NCBI GenBank assembly: GCA_003990765.1
Contig: RBNJ01000016.1
Span: 1 to 62,451 of the forward strand
Length of the DNA stretch: 62,451 bases
Direction: 5' to 3'
From: Jimgerdemannia flammicorona
Taxonomy: Eukaryota
In this document: positions 60,610-62,451 of the stretch, one piece after another
Layout: each line of letters starts with the position of its first letter
How positions within the stretch are numbered: position 1 is the stretch's first letter
Notes under the pieces: generated by a model
What the model was told of the DNA's origin: nothing
The model's input: the letters and a program-made list of their open reading frames with translations, nothing else
The model's database searches: none
Made by a program: the position numbers and the translations under genes

Positions 60610-61630
60610 GCAAGTGGCGGAATTCAATGATAGTAAACGGCGGCCTTGGGCTGGGTTTAAAAAATGAGTCCAACAGTGCCCTAAACATGAAAAGCTACAA
60701 TTGAATTCAAAGTTGCCATTATCCATTTGTACGTTACCAAAAATAAAAAATAAAAATAAAAATAAAGGAAGCTGAAAAGGCTAGCGTAGCATGCATGCGA
60801 CGACAATTAGAAAGCGGCCTCGGGCGGCGTTAAATCCACAAGCTAAATGAGGGGTAACAGCGCCCTGAACACCGAAAAACTTAAATAGTTGTTATCCCCG
60901 CATTGTTTATAGATACGAAAGAAAATATGGTTAGCGAACAATGCTAGTGGCGGATTTAATGATAGAAAACGGCAGCCACGGCGGGGATTAAATACACCTG
61001 TAAAAATAGCGTCACAGCGCCCAGAAAAAGAAACTACATGTGGCTCATTATCCCCGCGTTATCTATATCTACCCAAAAGAAAGGTGACCCGAAAAGGTTA
61101 GCTCAGCATGTAAGTGGCGTGATTTAAAGAAATTAAATCCACATGCAACAGCCCGACAAACATGCAAAGCGACAAAGGAATACCAAGTCCGTTACCTCCG
61201 CATTGTTTATTCTACCAAAAATAAAAGTACCCGAAAAGGCTAGCAGCGCATACATAAGACGAGATATAATGATAGAAAACGGGGGGATTAAGTCCACATG
61301 CTAAATGAGTGTAACAGCACCCTGAACACAAAATACTACACGTGAATCCCATGTCGGCATCACTTCCGCGCCAAATAAAATAAAATAAAATAAAAATAGC
61401 TCGCATTATGCAAGTTGCGGGATTTAATGTCGACCTCGGATGGGAATTTAAAAATGAGCGTAACAACGCCCTAAATTTGAAAAGCTACAAATGGATCCGA
61501 AGTATTACTATCCCATGTTTATATCAACCAACAAAATAGAAAAGGTTAGCGCAGCACGCAAGAGAGGATATATAATGATAGAAAATGGCGGCCTCGGGGA
61601 AGGGATTAAATTCACATGCCAAATGAGTTG
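60610..61630. repeat. Diverged tandem array, ~7 units of ~145-185 bp
   Basis: Recurring GTGGCGGATTTAATGATAGAAAACGGCGGCC..ATTAAATCCACATGC..AACAGCGCCCT..CCGCATTGTTTAT..GAAAAGGYTAGC; unit starts ~60614, 60797, 60947, 61114, 61258, 61414, 61565. Confidence 0.8.
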
Positions 61631-62324
61631 CATCAAACCGAACGAGACTACCTTTATACTAATTGATTCGTGGCGAGCGATTTGACGCGGGCTTACTATT
61701 CATACTATGAACTGTGCCTCCCGCTAAGGTGACACAAGTGGCCTTACATAAACTGTCATGATCTCCCAATCTGTAAGTTCCCACGGCACCAATCTCATCG
61801 CAAAATATTTACCTGTGCAGATACCATTGTTCATCATTTTGGGATTTATTATTATTTCGATTTCGTAATGATCCACTATTCTGGGTTTAAAAGATTTTGT
61901 CATTCTGCAAATTATTCCACATTGTCCATAATTTATCAAAACTTGACTGTCTATAATTTTTGGCCGTTAATCATCGTTGTCAGCCTGATTCTCATTCTAC
62001 TTTATTATTATTCTCCTTTGTTTAGGTGTTTTTCATTTTGCAGCCTTCATTTTTCTGCAACTCTTCATCATTATGTAGCCAAACGGCATTTTGTGGCCCG
62101 TCATCATACTACACAATCATCGCATGACCATCACTCTGCAGTCCATTGTAATTCTGCATCCCTTGAGGTGTTGGTTGCTATTCTCCCGTATTCGGACGGC
62201 GTTTGAATTTCTCCCGAAAAGATTTCTGACCGGTCTATATGCTCACCAACTTGAATGGAAGTGGTGGCGTAAAAAAATTGTCCAACTACCCGAATAAGTT
62301 GCTGTATGCAGTATGCTTTCATGT

Positions 62325-62451
62325 TGTAACGTAGTGGACGCGGAATTTAGTAAGTTGGATGGATTTTGGAATTGGACTGGTTTGATCTGACTCGTTCTGA
62401 CTGAGGTTTATTCACTCTAAAATACTGAGTTATTTATACAGATTTGTGCGC
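62325..62451 (-). mobile_element. End of another Gypsy LTR (continues beyond the window)
   Basis: TGTAACGTAGTGG resembles the C LTR terminus TGTCATGTAGTGG; carries GACTGAGGTTTATTCACTCT...ATTTATAC, also seen in LTRs A and E. Confidence 0.75.

Overview
Eukaryotic, almost certainly fungal (a Zn(II)2Cys6 motif lies at ~30.1 kb), transposon-dense window made mostly of nested, mutationally decayed retroelements. It holds three related Ty3/Gypsy elements: A (minus, ~915-9457), C (minus, 14479-~28504) and E (plus, 34980-51306, complete with both LTRs, PBS, PPT and a 4-bp TSD). Each has gag-PR-[Cys-rich insert]-dUTPase-RT-RH(-IN), and each is interrupted by a co-oriented L1/Tx1-type LINE of one family. 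Two of these LINEs are full length with TSD and poly(A); a fourth LINE fragment lies at ~32 kb. Also present: an older chromovirus-like Gypsy B with dUTPase before the protease, a separate integrase-chromodomain relic D, a tyrosine-recombinase (Ngaro/DIRS-type) retroelement with A1...B1-A2-B2 split direct repeats (52797-58436), a MITE, and an LTR end at the right edge. Repeats show heavy C>T/G>A mutation at CpG and CpA, while two islands (29.2-31.6 kb, 58.5-62.3 kb) keep their CpGs. The best candidate for an undescribed system is an accessory ORF of unknown function with an acidic/aromatic tail, shared by A, C and E. It lies between integrase and PPT in E, but inside the LTR (U3) in A and probably in C. 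All assignments come from manual motif reading; no searches were run.
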